From Octopus sinensis (taxonomy: Eukaryota), in the NCBI RefSeq assembly GCF_006345805.1, contig NC_043000.1, positions 94,426,001 through 94,490,000 on the forward strand: 64,000 nucleotides of DNA, given 5' to 3'. Shown here piece after piece: positions 27,181 through 40,228 of the stretch. Within the stretch, counting starts at the first letter, position 1. The number at the start of each line of letters is the position of its first letter. The notes beneath the pieces were generated by a model, which was not told the DNA's origin, made no database searches, and saw only the letters and a program-made list of their open reading frames with translations. Made by a program: the position numbers and the translations under genes.

Positions 27181-27657
27181 CATTATAAAAGATCAGACAA
27201 AAAGGATGTGTTTATTAATTGACATGAGTATTCCCTGTCATCACAATATAGCGGCGATAGAATTTGACAAGATTAGAAAATATAAAGACCTGCTAATGGA
27301 AATTGAAAAAATGTGGCATCTCAAGACGACTACAGTACCAGTGATTGTAGGTTCTCTAGGAATGATGGAAAAAAAAAGGTACTGAAACCTATTTGAAAAT
27401 GATTCCAGGCTTACCATCCCAACAGGAAGTGCAAAATATCGTATTAACTGGAACGGCTCATGTACTGACAAGAGCACTATCGTTGTGAAAATAAGATCCA
27501 TCCATGAATTTATTTATTTATTAATTTTTAAATACATATTTTATCTGTGAATTTGCGCGGGTAATCTGGGAATGCATACAGTGCCCTTCTCTGCCCTAGG
27601 TGTATGGAAAACACTCGGCGAGAAACGGAAGAAAATTTGAAGAAAGAAGGAAAAAAC

Positions 27658-27660
<3 letters not shown>
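27181..27660 (+). mobile_element. 5'-truncated R4/Dong-like LINE within (TAA)n
   Basis: KGCVLIDMSIPC...IRKYKDLLMEIEKMWHLKTTTVPVIVGSLG. (AAT)n lies on both sides, and a short second 3' end follows at ~27690-27805. Confidence 0.8.
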
Positions 27661-27692
<32 letters not shown>

Positions 27693-27818
27693 TATTGAGT
27701 TTGGTTTAATGGCCTACCAATGTATACTATGAGTTTCTTTGCCCTAGGAGTTGGGAAGACACTCGGCAAGAAATGGAAGCAAATTTGAAAAAAGAAAAAA
27801 AAAGTAATAATAATAATA

Positions 27819-27849
<31 letters not shown>

Positions 27850-27853
<4 letters not shown>

Positions 27854-28290
27854 GCCCTGATGCAATACCAGGCAGTGGCTCTCGTGGCTTCTGATCTTAA
27901 CTGATTGGAAGTGTTATCATGTACATTGTTTTGTCTTGGTATAAAAGATGGGCCACAGTAAATATTCTGCTCAATACAGCATTTTGCTTGTCAGTTGTTT
28001 GACCTTAACCAGTTGAGCATGCCCCTTAGTGACGGACGATATGTGCATCTCTGATCACGAGCAGAAGTAGTGGGGGAGCATCATAGCCATGTGTTGAGAG
28101 GGATTCTTTAGGGTTTGAATAATTCACCTCTGGAAACTTGGGTGTTTCGTTCAACATCCTTAAACAACTCTTATTCAGGGACCTTTTGAGCGGGATGGGT
28201 TACTCAACCAGAAGAAAATTCTAACCGGGCCCCACCTGCAAGATCATGTGCTGTTTATCTTGATATGAGATCACCATGTCACGCGCATAT
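27850..28290 (-). mobile_element. Interspersed repeat with (ATT)n tail (SINE or LINE 3' UTR)
   Basis: Homologous copies at 38335-38740 and 46470-46640. No coding capacity seen. Confidence 0.65.
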
Positions 28291-28294
28291 GTAT

Positions 28295-28512
28295 TTCTTT
28301 ACTGCCCACAAGGGGCTAAACATAGAGGGGACAAACAAGGACAGACAAACGGTTTAAGTCGATTACATCGACTCCAGTGGGAAACTGGTACTTTATTTAT
28401 CGACCCCGAAAGGATGAAAGGCAAAGTCGACCTCGGCGGAATTTGAACTCAGAACTTAACGACAGACGAAATACGGCTACGCATTTCGCCCGGCGTGCTA
28501 ACGTTTCTGCCA
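28295..28512 (-). mobile_element. SINE family B
   Basis: Reverse complement of a full monomer including the 3' tail. Confidence 0.85.
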
Positions 28513-28699
28513 TATAAGAGATTCTTATACACACTGAAGTCTTCAGTGATCATACGACTTCCAAGAAATAGCAACCAAATCTCTTTCAAATTACTATACC
28601 ATTTCAACAAAAACAAATTCAAAAGTAGAATATATCCAAAATTGAATAGAAACACTTTGGACTCATTGATCACGGCTGATTCGATGCTAAATATCATCA

Positions 28700-29098
28700 T
28701 CTATACTCTTTACTCTTTTACTCTTTAACTTGTTTCAGTCATTTGACTGCGGCCATGCTGGAGCATCGCCTTTAATCGAGCAAATCGACCCCAGGGCTTA
28801 TTGTTTGTAAGCCTAGTACTTATTATATCGGTCTCTTTTGCCAAACCGCTAAGTTACGGGGACATCGGTTGTCAAGCGATGTTGGCGGGGGGACAAACGC
28901 AGACACACAAACATATACAAATATATAAATATACATATATACGACGGGCTTCTTTCAGTTTCCGACTACCAAATTCACTCACAAGGATTTGGTCGGCCCG
29001 AGGCTATAGTAAAAGACACTTGCCCAAGGTGCCATGCAGTGGAACTGAACCCGGAACCATGTGGTTCGTAAGCAAGCTACTTATCACACAGCCACTCC
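28700..29098 (-). mobile_element. SINE family A
   Basis: Full consensus with the (TACTCTTT)n tail on the + strand. Confidence 0.85.
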
Positions 29099-30611
29099 TG
29101 TTTATTTTTTTTTTTCAACCAAGCACAAACACGAACGGTTAAAAAGGCTGAAATTTATATCTGTGTTAAAGACATTAAATGTGTAGGTGGAGCGACATGG
29201 TTCCAGTTGGGAATTGAAACAGCAACACGATTTCAAGTTACCGGGAACTTGCTCCTAGGTACGGCACTGACTGACCATAAAACAAATGCTAGTTTTTTCG
29301 TTGCTTTTTTTTCACATTATATATCCAATATATCTTTAAATTCATAAGATGGGAGGGTCTTATTTGAACAAGATTTAGCTGCTTTTTCCAGCAGCTTTCT
29401 TATTGGCTCGACGTATTATGTTTAAAGGAGAGGGGGAATATAATAATGACTCTTCCAAAAGCATTAGTAGAGAAAATAAAATAAAATAGTTTGAATAGTC
29501 CTAGCAGGAAATTGAAACTGCATCGCTGTCTTCGTTACACCGAAGGCTTAAATCGTGCTTTTCGACTATCACCATTTTGAAGTTAAACGATTTCTAACGT
29601 GACCAGAACTGATGATAGATGGCATAAGCTACTATATCAACAACACCTGTATTGACTTATCACGGTTGTCATCGACTCCAGCAAAATTTGGAATCAATAT
29701 ACAACTAAATAATGCAAAGAATCTAATTCTTGACTTTATCCAATCTGTCATCAACCGCCTACTGAACTTAGCAAATAAAAAGAAAATTAATAAATAACCA
29801 AATAAAATATAAAGTTATTTCCGCATAGCATTGTTTTGCTATTCGATGATATTTCTGAAAGGGGAATCGTTGGTTTAAAGACTGTCTCCAGAGTTACTTT
29901 GTAACTATGACTCGGTCAGTTTCCATTGTAACAGTTCAATTGCACCGTAAATGATTTTGTTGCATCTTGAGATGGTCATTACGCCAATAAGTACACATGC
30001 TGGTTCAGTTTCACTTCTTTATTATCATTCGTCAGTTGTTTAGTTATTGGATCTTTTCCCTTTATACACCGCCTGAAGTTGTTGTTGACAAACAATAGCA
30101 GTAATTTTATTCAGTTGAATACACGTCATTGATTGGTTGAAATTACTGAAATACGACAAATTTAACACGAAATAACTTCATAAATATAAACTTTTCTCAA
30201 AAACGCTAAGAGGAAAAGATGTTTTATATGACACATTCTACCAGTGACCGAAGTTTGAAAGTGTTTAGTTACAGAAAATTAATTTTTCGATCTGCTGTCA
30301 AAGGGTAAAGATCCTGGTTATTTAACCAGCTACCTAATTGGCAGTTTGTGTAATGTGTGATTCAACACTAACACCTGCATCGACACAAGGACCAAGTTGT
30401 ATCGGTTTTGCTTTTACGTTAGACAAAATGGGTGACATAGAAACCAAGATTTGCATATATGGACAAGGAATACAACTATTAAAAAAAAACAAAAACAAAA
30501 ACAAAACAGAAAATGGAAGAGTGCACCTCGTAGACGAACATTCTAGGTTCATATTCACATATTCATTATCTAATGAGACGTACGTCAACCTCGGATATAT
30601 GTATGTATATA

Positions 30612-30795
30612 TAGTTGTTAATCCAAATAAGAAAGCACAAAAATACACAACAACGCGAGGACGTGGAACAAATATAATATTATTGGAAGCTCAGGAAAGG
30701 AGGAAAGAAGGAGGGTTTAACGTTTCGAGCGGAGCTCTTCGTCGGAAACATAGGAGAAGGAAAGATCCAGAGAAGGGAAGACAGAGGAAAAAAAG
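30612..30795 (-). mobile_element. ~200-bp repeat carrying a hammerhead-like motif (30715-30749)
   Basis: Near-identical to 10896-11108. Confidence 0.65.
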
Positions 30796-31249
30796 CACAC
30801 ACATATGTATATATCGAAATGAATACAGCTATATATAATACGTTAAAAACATCTTAAGCTGAAAAAGATGGGAAGGCTACTAGCTGGACTCGAAACACAC
30901 ATAACGATGACAAGATGCGCTAATCAGTTGCTCTAAATAATTTTCACTCATACTGACATCAAATTAAACACTTTATTCTCACAAACGAGGAAATGAGTCT
31001 GTTTAAATTTAGAAAATATATATAGAAGTATCGAGAAACATGAAAAAGAAGAAATTTACAGCTGTAACTCGAGGTTAGGTCACAGAAAATGCACACTTCA
31101 AGTCTTCATCTCTTTAGTATTCAAGGGAGTTTTGACCAAGAATATTACAATTGCAGCGCGGAAGGTGTGTCAAAATATTTTCGTCACTTTGAGACCGCGA
31201 CCTGTTCACTGACAAAATTCCGTGCTGCATCTCATCTCTCTCTCTCTCT

Positions 31250-31527
31250 CTTTTACTCTTTTACTTGTTTCAGTCATTTGAGTGTGGCCATGCTGGAGCA
31301 CCACCTTTAGTCAACCAAATCTCCCCCAGGTCTTATTCTTTGTAAGCCTAGTACTTATTCTATCGGTCTCTTTTGCCGAACCGCTAAGTTACAGGGACGG
31401 TTATCAAGCGATGTTGGGGGACAAACAGAGACACACAAACATATACACATACATACATACATAATACATACATACATACATGCATACATACATACATACA
31501 TACATACATACATACATACATACATAG

Positions 31528-31561
<34 letters not shown>

Positions 31562-31568
31562 GTGTGTG

Positions 31569-31599
<31 letters not shown>

Positions 31600-31753
31600 G
31601 ACGGGTTTCTTTCAGTTCCGTCTACCAAATCTACTCACAAGGCTTTTGTTGGCACGAGGCTATAGTAGAAGACACATGCCGAAGATGCCACGCAATGGGA
31701 CTGAACCCGGAATCATGTGGTTCGTTAGAAAGCTACTTACTACACAGCCACTC

Positions 31754-31755
<2 letters not shown>
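31250..31755 (-). mobile_element. SINE family A with expanded internal (TACA)n/(TA)n
   Basis: Family A consensus. Confidence 0.85.
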
Positions 31756-31807
<52 letters not shown>

Positions 31808-31831
31808 CATATACATACATACATACATACA

Positions 31832-31867
<36 letters not shown>

Positions 31868-32256
31868 TACACACATACATACATACATACGTGAATTCAT
31901 TCATACGTATGTATTTATGTAAACACACACACAGACATGTGGACATAAAAATCACATACATTTTGTTTGCTTATTACGAAATTTCAAAAATTTCTAATCT
32001 GTGGTAAACATGTGTAGCACTATTTAGTGTTTTTAGAAATCGTCAGCATAACATAACCTGAGATTTATTAATTAACCATTTTACGAAGGGACACGTTTCT
32101 TATAGATAGAAAATAATTATACTCTGGAAGAAATTCATGGAACGTACTTTCTTCGTCAGGGCATTAGTAAATTAGCAATCTAGACGAAAGTGTAAGCTAT
32201 TAATGTGCAGACAAACACACACACACAAACACACACACACATACACAAACACACAA

Positions 32257-32295
<39 letters not shown>

Positions 32296-32399
32296 GGTGT
32301 GCCAAAAGTCACGAAAAGTTATGAAGTTTTAATGAAAATTTAAAAATTATTAAAAAAAAATTTAGACGTGACTTTTCCAACGTAGCTTACATTTCTTTT

Positions 32400-32632
<233 letters not shown>

Positions 32633-33599
32633 ATAAAATTATAATTAAGTGTATCTAAAAGATACCATCATGCTAGATATAGTAGTCAAAACTTAACTTT
32701 AAAACCACATCAAATATTCATACACCACCAAAAGAGAAGGCAAAGAGATAAAATAAACTGGCAGAAAACTATTGGATAATTCCAGATCCCGGATTTCTTA
32801 TTTATCGTTATGTATATAAATTTTATATATATATATATATATATATATGATACTGGTGCATTGTAAATTTAAACCAAAATATTATGAACTTATTAGATAT
32901 TGAAACACTTTCTTGATTTTTGAACGCGTGAGTGTGTGTGTGTGTGTCCGTTCGTGCATTTGTGTGTGTGCATGTATGTTTATAGTATATTCGTGTCTAT
33001 TTGCGTATATACATACTTGTATATATGTATATAATTACCCCTACTCACATACACACACACACACACATATACTGACATATTCATATGTACATACACACAC
33101 ATGCAGACACGCATGCACACATACACATACGCAAACACACACACACACACACGTATGTGCGCTTATAGAGAACCGGTGATTGACAGAGTTCTCCATACCT
33201 ATATACCTAAATACCAACGAAAAGAAAAAAAATCTATCACCCTGACATTCACGTAAGATGACTAAGAGTTATATTTATGGTAGGCGAAAAGTGCTTAAAT
33301 GCGTTCCTCGTCGCGTGAGTCTGGTTTCTAAAAAGTACTTTACCATTAACAGCTCCAACTGAAGACACTCTTGGACAAGTTGATGATTATTACTGTTACA
33401 AAATAGATTCTGTTTAATAGCCGAAACATTTTATCGACTTCATTCATTCAGCATTTCATTTACTAGTTCTTGCTGTTGCCGGTAGATGGCATTATTCTCA
33501 TTTGCTGATAGATAATATTACTTGCTCTGAAGTTATGGTGTTGTTGGTGGTGTTGGTGTTGTTGTTCTCGTTGGCGTTGTCTTCGTCTTCGTTGTTGTT

Positions 33600-33871
33600 G
33601 GCTTAATTGCCATTTTCAGATGTTGTTGTTATTGTTGTTGATGATGATGATGTTTTTGATGATGTTGTTGTTCTTGATGATGATGATGATGGTGATCATC
33701 ATCATCATGGTGATGTTGCTGGTGCTGGTGATGATGATTGTGATGATGATGATGATGACGACGATGATGATGATGAATACAACGACTGCGACAAAGAAGA
33801 CGACGACGATGGTGATGATAACGATGATGATGAGGAGGAGGATTATGGTGGTGATGATGGTGGTGATGATA

Positions 33872-33903
<32 letters not shown>

Positions 33904-34005
33904 AATGATTGTGCTGGTGGTGCTGGTGGTCATGATGGTGGTGGTGATGGTGGTGATGGTGGTGGTGGTGATTGTGATGATGATGACGACGATGATGACG
34001 ATCAT
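33600..34005. repeat. (GAT)n/(GGT)n low-complexity tract
   Basis: Direct reading. Confidence 0.9.
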
Positions 34006-34346
34006 ATAAGTTTATCGACACGCTGGGTAGACGGTTGCTTTCACTTGAGTGTTGTTCATAGTAACAACTGTCAACAGATGTAACACGAATTGCATGAAAT
34101 GAAGCAAGTGCATTCACACATCACTAATACCAGAACCTACGTACGTCGGCTGTTGATGCGTGTGCATGGATGCGTGTGAGTGCATGTGAGTGCATGTGCG
34201 TTACGCGAAAGTGGTAGACAGTTCTGTTTCTATTTGCAAGTTCTTGCATTCCGAGAATGGAATATTGAATTATATTGATTAAACTTTTGAAGATGTAATA
34301 CAGTGAACACGTGTTCGTGTGTGTGTTTGTTTGTGTGTGTGTGTGT

Positions 34347-34384
<38 letters not shown>

Positions 34385-34995
34385 ACACATTTGTATGTAT
34401 ATTACATATATTCCTGCATAGGTTCATGTTTATATATAGACGTTTATATGCATATATGTATATGAGCACACATACACATATATATGTATGTATGACTATA
34501 TGTACGTATGTATATGTATGTATGTATTATGTAAATGTATGTAAGGATGTATGTATATATGTGCGTGTAAGATGTACGCATATATGTGTATATATATAGG
34601 GCGAAAGAGAGAGAGAGAGACAGGCAGACAGTCAGACAGACACACTGGCTGACTGACTGACTGACAGACGGACAGTCAGACAAAGACAGAATGAGACAGA
34701 CAGACAGACAGACAGACAGATATATAGAGAGACACGTACGCGCACAGACATACACACAGATAAAATATTTTATTTTTTCCTTCGCGAGTTTCATGCCACA
34801 ATGATTATCTGGGAAACTGCTTTGTATTTTATTTGATTTTCTAGTATTTCAGTTTGGAATTCATTATTCTCTATATGGCTATAAGTTTTCTTGGCTGGTT
34901 CATTAAATGTTCTTTTATTCATTCATTAAGTTATTGTTTTATGGTTGTTATTGATTCCTTCGCTAATTCGGCAGTTGTTTTATTTTTACTGTATA

Positions 34996-35548
34996 CTAGC
35001 TTAAAAGCCGCACTCTGTGCGAAATTTTAAGCTAGCTCATGCGGAGGGCTAATTAGGCCTACAGTCCAAAACTACAGAGAGCTAAATGGCATGACTGTAA
35101 TACGTCTATAATGATTATATGTCCCGGTGCTGATTGTGTTTGATCAGCTGTTAAGGATGGATGAAAATTAATTTTGTAATGTAATCATTCTACTGTTTCA
35201 GTAACAATTTGAATTCCAGTTGTTGGCCAATTTGTCACAAAGTACGCATCTCGACGTAAAAGTAGCGAAGCGACCGTCATTCAGCTCCCCCTTGATATCT
35301 GTCGTCATCTGACAAACGCGAACCAAGATGGCGTGAATCAACCAAGCTTTTCCTGCAAGAAGTAGTAACCCAAATTCTTTTAAATCAGGTCCCAGTGCTG
35401 GATGTTTAAGAACCAAATGAAGGGAAGATTTTCGATTCCGGTATCATTTTGATTCCAAGAAGGCATAATACGTCTTTGTAGAGCAACAGTAAACTGAGAT
35501 AATGGGGTCCCGGACGGACAGACAGAATTTCTCTTTTATTAATATAGA
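34996..35548 (-). mobile_element. Non-autonomous Helitron
   Basis: - strand A|TCTATATTAATAAAAGAG 5' end and gcacagagtgc hairpin followed by ttttaagCTAG|T. Confidence 0.75.
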
Positions 35549-35956
35549 TTGTCGACTACACAACTATGCTCAAACCAAATATTGTTTTCTTATCTGTTAC
35601 CTGTTTCCGTCATTTTTACTGTAGCTAGATCTATTTTTATTTCATTCTTTACTTTGAAGGGTTACAAAGGGGTATTTCTAACAAAGATTCTTCATATTTT
35701 CCTGGTAGCTGGCGTAAGATTTTTGCGAATATGCAATTATTATTACATGGATATGGTGTGTTATGAGAATTGATGGAAAGGTATCCCATAGAAACTCAAG
35801 AAATACGTTAAAAATGGAGAAGAGATGTTAAAATATAAAATTAAAATTCTTTTTATATTTCAACAACTACCTTTTTTAACATACTTGTTGAGTTCCTATG
35901 GGATGCTTTTCATGAATTCTCATAACATACCATATATATATATATAGTGTATATAT

Positions 35957-36015
<59 letters not shown>

Positions 36016-36036
36016 TATATATGCATATATATATAT

Positions 36037-36069
<33 letters not shown>

Positions 36070-36079
36070 GTATATGATG

Positions 36080-36138
<59 letters not shown>

Positions 36139-36479
36139 ATGTGTGTGTGTTTGCATACTATATATGTGTATATATGTGTGTATGTGTGTTTATATATACA
36201 TCACACATGCGCCTATATTACACATATGTATGCATAATAATTTCAATAATTGAATTTCATGTCACCATTCTTGAAACACGATGACATTAGAAAACCGTAA
36301 TGCTGAAATGTGCAGCTTATCTCAGTTAAACATGATGACATGAAAAGCCCATAAATGTTGCATCTACTTCCGGTTGTTTACTACGAATGAGAAGCCATCC
36401 AATATGAAATCTCAGGCTAAAGAGTTTTCATATCGGATTTCGTATTTCCTCCATCTCACTACTTCTTAACACAGCGAGT

Positions 36480-36586
36480 ATAGAAAAACAACCACAGCAA
36501 CAGCAAGCAGCAATGACAAAAGCAACAACAACGAAAACAACAACTACAGCAACAATAACTACAACAACGACAATAACAACAACACC

Positions 36587-36650
<64 letters not shown>

Positions 36651-36688
36651 GATGATGATAATAACAACAATAATAATAATAATAAAAC

Positions 36689-36770
<82 letters not shown>

Positions 36771-36826
36771 ATAATAATAATAAATAATAATAATAATAAT
36801 AATAATGATAATAATAATAATAATAG
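36480..36826. repeat. (AAC/AAT/AGT)n compound microsatellite
   Basis: Direct reading. Confidence 0.95.
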
Positions 36827-37093
36827 GTAGCTGATTGCTACCTAACTCAGATACCAGGAAACCCCGAAATGGCAGAAATTTAAAAGATAGTGCTCATGGG
36901 AACTGCTCATATCCTACGCAAAATACTTTCTATGTAATCTCAAGGTTTAAAACAAACATTTTTTTTAGACATCCACTAGTACAACACAAAAACCAACCAA
37001 ATATATGGCACACTAGGCATAACAACAACGTGAACTTCCAACCTATTGTCTCTTGAGGTCTCCGGGTGAGACTTGGAGCCAACTCGTACATAT
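36826..37093 (+). mobile_element. Short 3' fragment of an R4/Dong-like LINE in (TAA)n
   Basis: Highly similar to 37600-37892, with (AAT)n on both sides. Confidence 0.85.
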
Positions 37094-37111
37094 ATAAAGC
37101 AAAAATCAAAC

Positions 37112-37192
<81 letters not shown>

Positions 37193-37200
37193 TAATAATA

Positions 37201-37891
37201 ATAAAACAGAGTATCTCAACAGGCATGATAGAGCTGCACAATATATTCACTGGGTAATATGCAAAAACCTGAATTTGTCCAATGAAAAAAACTGGTGGGA
37301 ACACAAACCACCTCCAGTACTTGAAAATGATCACATCTCACTCCTCTGAAACTTCACCATTCAAACTGACAGAAAGATAGATGCAAATAGGCCATACATC
37401 ATATTGAAAGTCTTCAGACAAAGAACATGCCTCCTCATTGATATCACTGTCCCAATCGATATAAACTTATCTGTCAAGACCTACCAAAAACTGAGCAAAT
37501 ATAAAGATCTTGAATTAGAAATCAGAAAAATGTGGAAGCTGAAGACTAAAACAATACCTGTTGTCATAGGTGCCCTGGGAATGATAGCAAAAGGGGCTGA
37601 TTGCTACCTAACTCAGATACCAGGAAACCCCAAAATGGCAGAAATTAAAAAATAGTGCTCATGGGAACTGCTCATATCCTGCGCAAAATACTTTCTATGT
37701 AATCTCAAGTTTTAAAACAAACATAATTTTCATATGGTTTTTTAAACATTCACTAGTACAACACAAAAAACAACCAAATATATGGCGCACTAGGCATAAC
37801 AACAATATGAACTTCCAGCCTGTTGTCTCGTGAGGTCTCTAGGTGAGACTTGGAGCCAAATTGTACAAATGTAAAACAAAAGTCAAACATA

Positions 37892-37892
<1 letters not shown>
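37201..37892 (+). mobile_element. 5'-truncated R4/Dong-like LINE in (TAA)n
   Basis: NRPYII...CLLIDITVPIDINLSVKTYQKLSKYKDLELEIRKMWKLKTKTIPVVIGALG (RLE PD..D...K motif), flanked by (AAT)n. Confidence 0.9.
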
Positions 37893-37960
<68 letters not shown>

Positions 37961-37994
37961 TAATAATAATAATAATAATCCTTTCTATTCTATG

Positions 37995-38190
37995 TACATA
38001 GCGAGAGATTTTAGAGAAGGGTAAGTCGATTACATCGACCCCTATACCCGAGTGGTACTTCTTTTATCGATTTCGAAAGGATGAATAGAAAAGTCGACCT
38101 CAGTGAATTTGAACTCGGAACGTAAAGACAGACGAAATGCCGCAAAGCATTTAACCCGGAGTACTTACGATTCTTCCGCTACACCGCCTT
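37995..38190 (-). mobile_element. SINE family B (diverged)
   Basis: ttttatcgatttcgaaaggatgaa...tttgaactcggaacgtaaagac. Confidence 0.75.
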
Positions 38191-38221
38191 AATAACAACA
38201 ACAACAACAATAACAACAACA

Positions 38222-38276
<55 letters not shown>

Positions 38277-38334
38277 CGACGATGATGATAATGATGATGA
38301 TGATGACGACAACGACGATGATGATAATGATAAT

Positions 38335-38740
38335 AAATGCCCTGATACTGGCTCTCGTGGCTTCTGATCTTAACTGATTGGAAGTATATACATTGTTTTG
38401 TCTTGGTATAAAAGATGGACCACTGAAAATATTCTGCTCAATACCACAGATTTGCTTGTCAGTTGTTTGACCTTAACCAGTTGACCATGTTCCTTGATGG
38501 CTGATGATATGTGCATCTCTGATCAGTAGCAGAAGTAGTGGGGGAGCCTTATAGCCAATGTGTTGAGAGAAATTCTTAGGGGTTTGAATAATTCACCTCT
38601 GGAAACATGGTGTTTCATTCATCCCCCTTAAACAAAACTCATTCAGGGACCTTTTGAATGAGATGAGTTACTTGACCTGAAGAAAGTTCTGTGCCCCATC
38701 TGCACGGTCATGCGTTGTTTATCTTGATATGAGATCACCA
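38335..38740 (-). mobile_element. Interspersed repeat, paralog of 27850-28290
   Basis: aaatgccctgat...tggctctcgtggcttctgatcttaactgattggaag is shared. Confidence 0.7.
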
Positions 38741-38843
38741 TATTCCTGGAGTACCCTTATCAGACGGGTAGTCATGATGGGTATATTGGGATCCAGTGTC
38801 CTTTTGATGGCATGCACTACTCTCTCACTCAATGATGATGATG

Positions 38844-38904
<61 letters not shown>

Positions 38905-38919
38905 TAATAATAATTTCGA

Positions 38920-39062
38920 AATTTGGCACACAGTCAACAGGCTCGGAGGAGTGGTAAATCGATTACATCGACACCAGAGCTCAACTGATACTTATTTTAC
39001 GGATATCAAAATAGTAAAAGTCAAAGTCAACTTCGGAAGAATTTCAACTCTGTAGGTAAAGA
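38920..39062 (-). mobile_element. SINE family B (diverged fragment)
   Basis: aatcgattacatcgac...aaagtcaacttcggaagaattt. Confidence 0.55.
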
Positions 39063-39099
39063 CGGATGATTCCGAGAACTAATGCTATAGCGTACTGTC

Positions 39100-39720
39100 T
39101 ATAGCAGTAGGCATTAAAATGAACCACAGGGCAACAAAAATACATGCGGTACGAAAATATAACAGAAAATGTAGCAGAAATAGTGTTGGAGAGTGATGAG
39201 ATCGAGTAGGTAATGGAATACGTCTGCGAGGGGTACACACTGAATTTGCCCCAACGCATGAATGTAGAAATCTCGAAGAGAATAAAGGCAGGACAGATGG
39301 TGTCTACCTAAAAAAGGATTGTACTCAAAGCAAAGCTAGGCAAGGCCACATGCGCCAGTCTGTTCAATAACACCGTCCTATATTGCTTTTATACGCAAGT
39401 GAGACGTTGGTTACGACGCAAAGGGCCATGCAATGCAAAGATCGCTGCTATGAATTTCATTACGAGGACAAATTCAAAACGAGATCATCTGAGAACGGAG
39501 CGAAGTGAACGATGTGATTGTAGAATACCGAAAGCACAAGTTCCGCTCGGCTACACATGTCACAAAAAAGAAAGTTCTCAGAGAATAGGCAGACCTATGA
39601 AGTAAAGAAATTGATAAAGAGACACTGGGAAGGCTTCCATGACAATGGGAAAACGATTTAGTTAAGCGATTTGGGACAGAATGCATAAGAAACAGCGATC
39701 AAGAAAGAATTGAAAGCGCA
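39100..39720 (+). mobile_element. Decayed RTE-clade LINE ORF remnant
   Basis: Fragments EISKRIKAG, SLFNNTVL, LLYASET, VTTQRAM and RDHLRTE match the RTE RT C-terminal region. Confidence 0.65.
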
Positions 39721-40029
39721 TTATAACCAGCGATGCATAACAACGTCTAATGATCTGGTTGATACTATTTAAATAAAATACAATCATTATGTATGTGACA
39801 TCAATAAAGTTAATAACATATATTTATCTGTCTAGTAATATATAGTGTGATCGAGATATTCTCATGGAATGTGATCAAATGAGGTTCATTTTACAACAGA
39901 GTCACCCTTGCTGTCTACATCAGTGTTGCATCGGTATTGGCATTCCATTGGGTGCCAAGTTTTGTTGATTTTCAGAAAGTCGCTACTAGTAAATTTTGAA
40001 GTCTATATATATATATACGCACATATGTA

Positions 40030-40228
40030 CAAGGTTAAGTCAAAAATTATCCGCACTTTCGCCATAACATATCTTTGTTATTGTCACACTGCCTTCTGCG
40101 CATGCGTGCTTATAGTTGGTACTATTGTGGTCATGTGATCGAAGTTTGAGCCTGATTGCGAATTTTTCTTTCTGGCTTTTCAGTGTAAGCATGGCCGCTC
40201 CACTAGCAATGTGCACTAAAGAAGAATA
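40030..40228 (+). mobile_element. Mariner-like 5' fragment
   Basis: TA|CAAGGTTAAGTCAAAAATTATCCGCACT TIR-like start. ATG at 40191 gives MAAPLAMCTKEE, a typical mariner transposase start. Confidence 0.7.
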
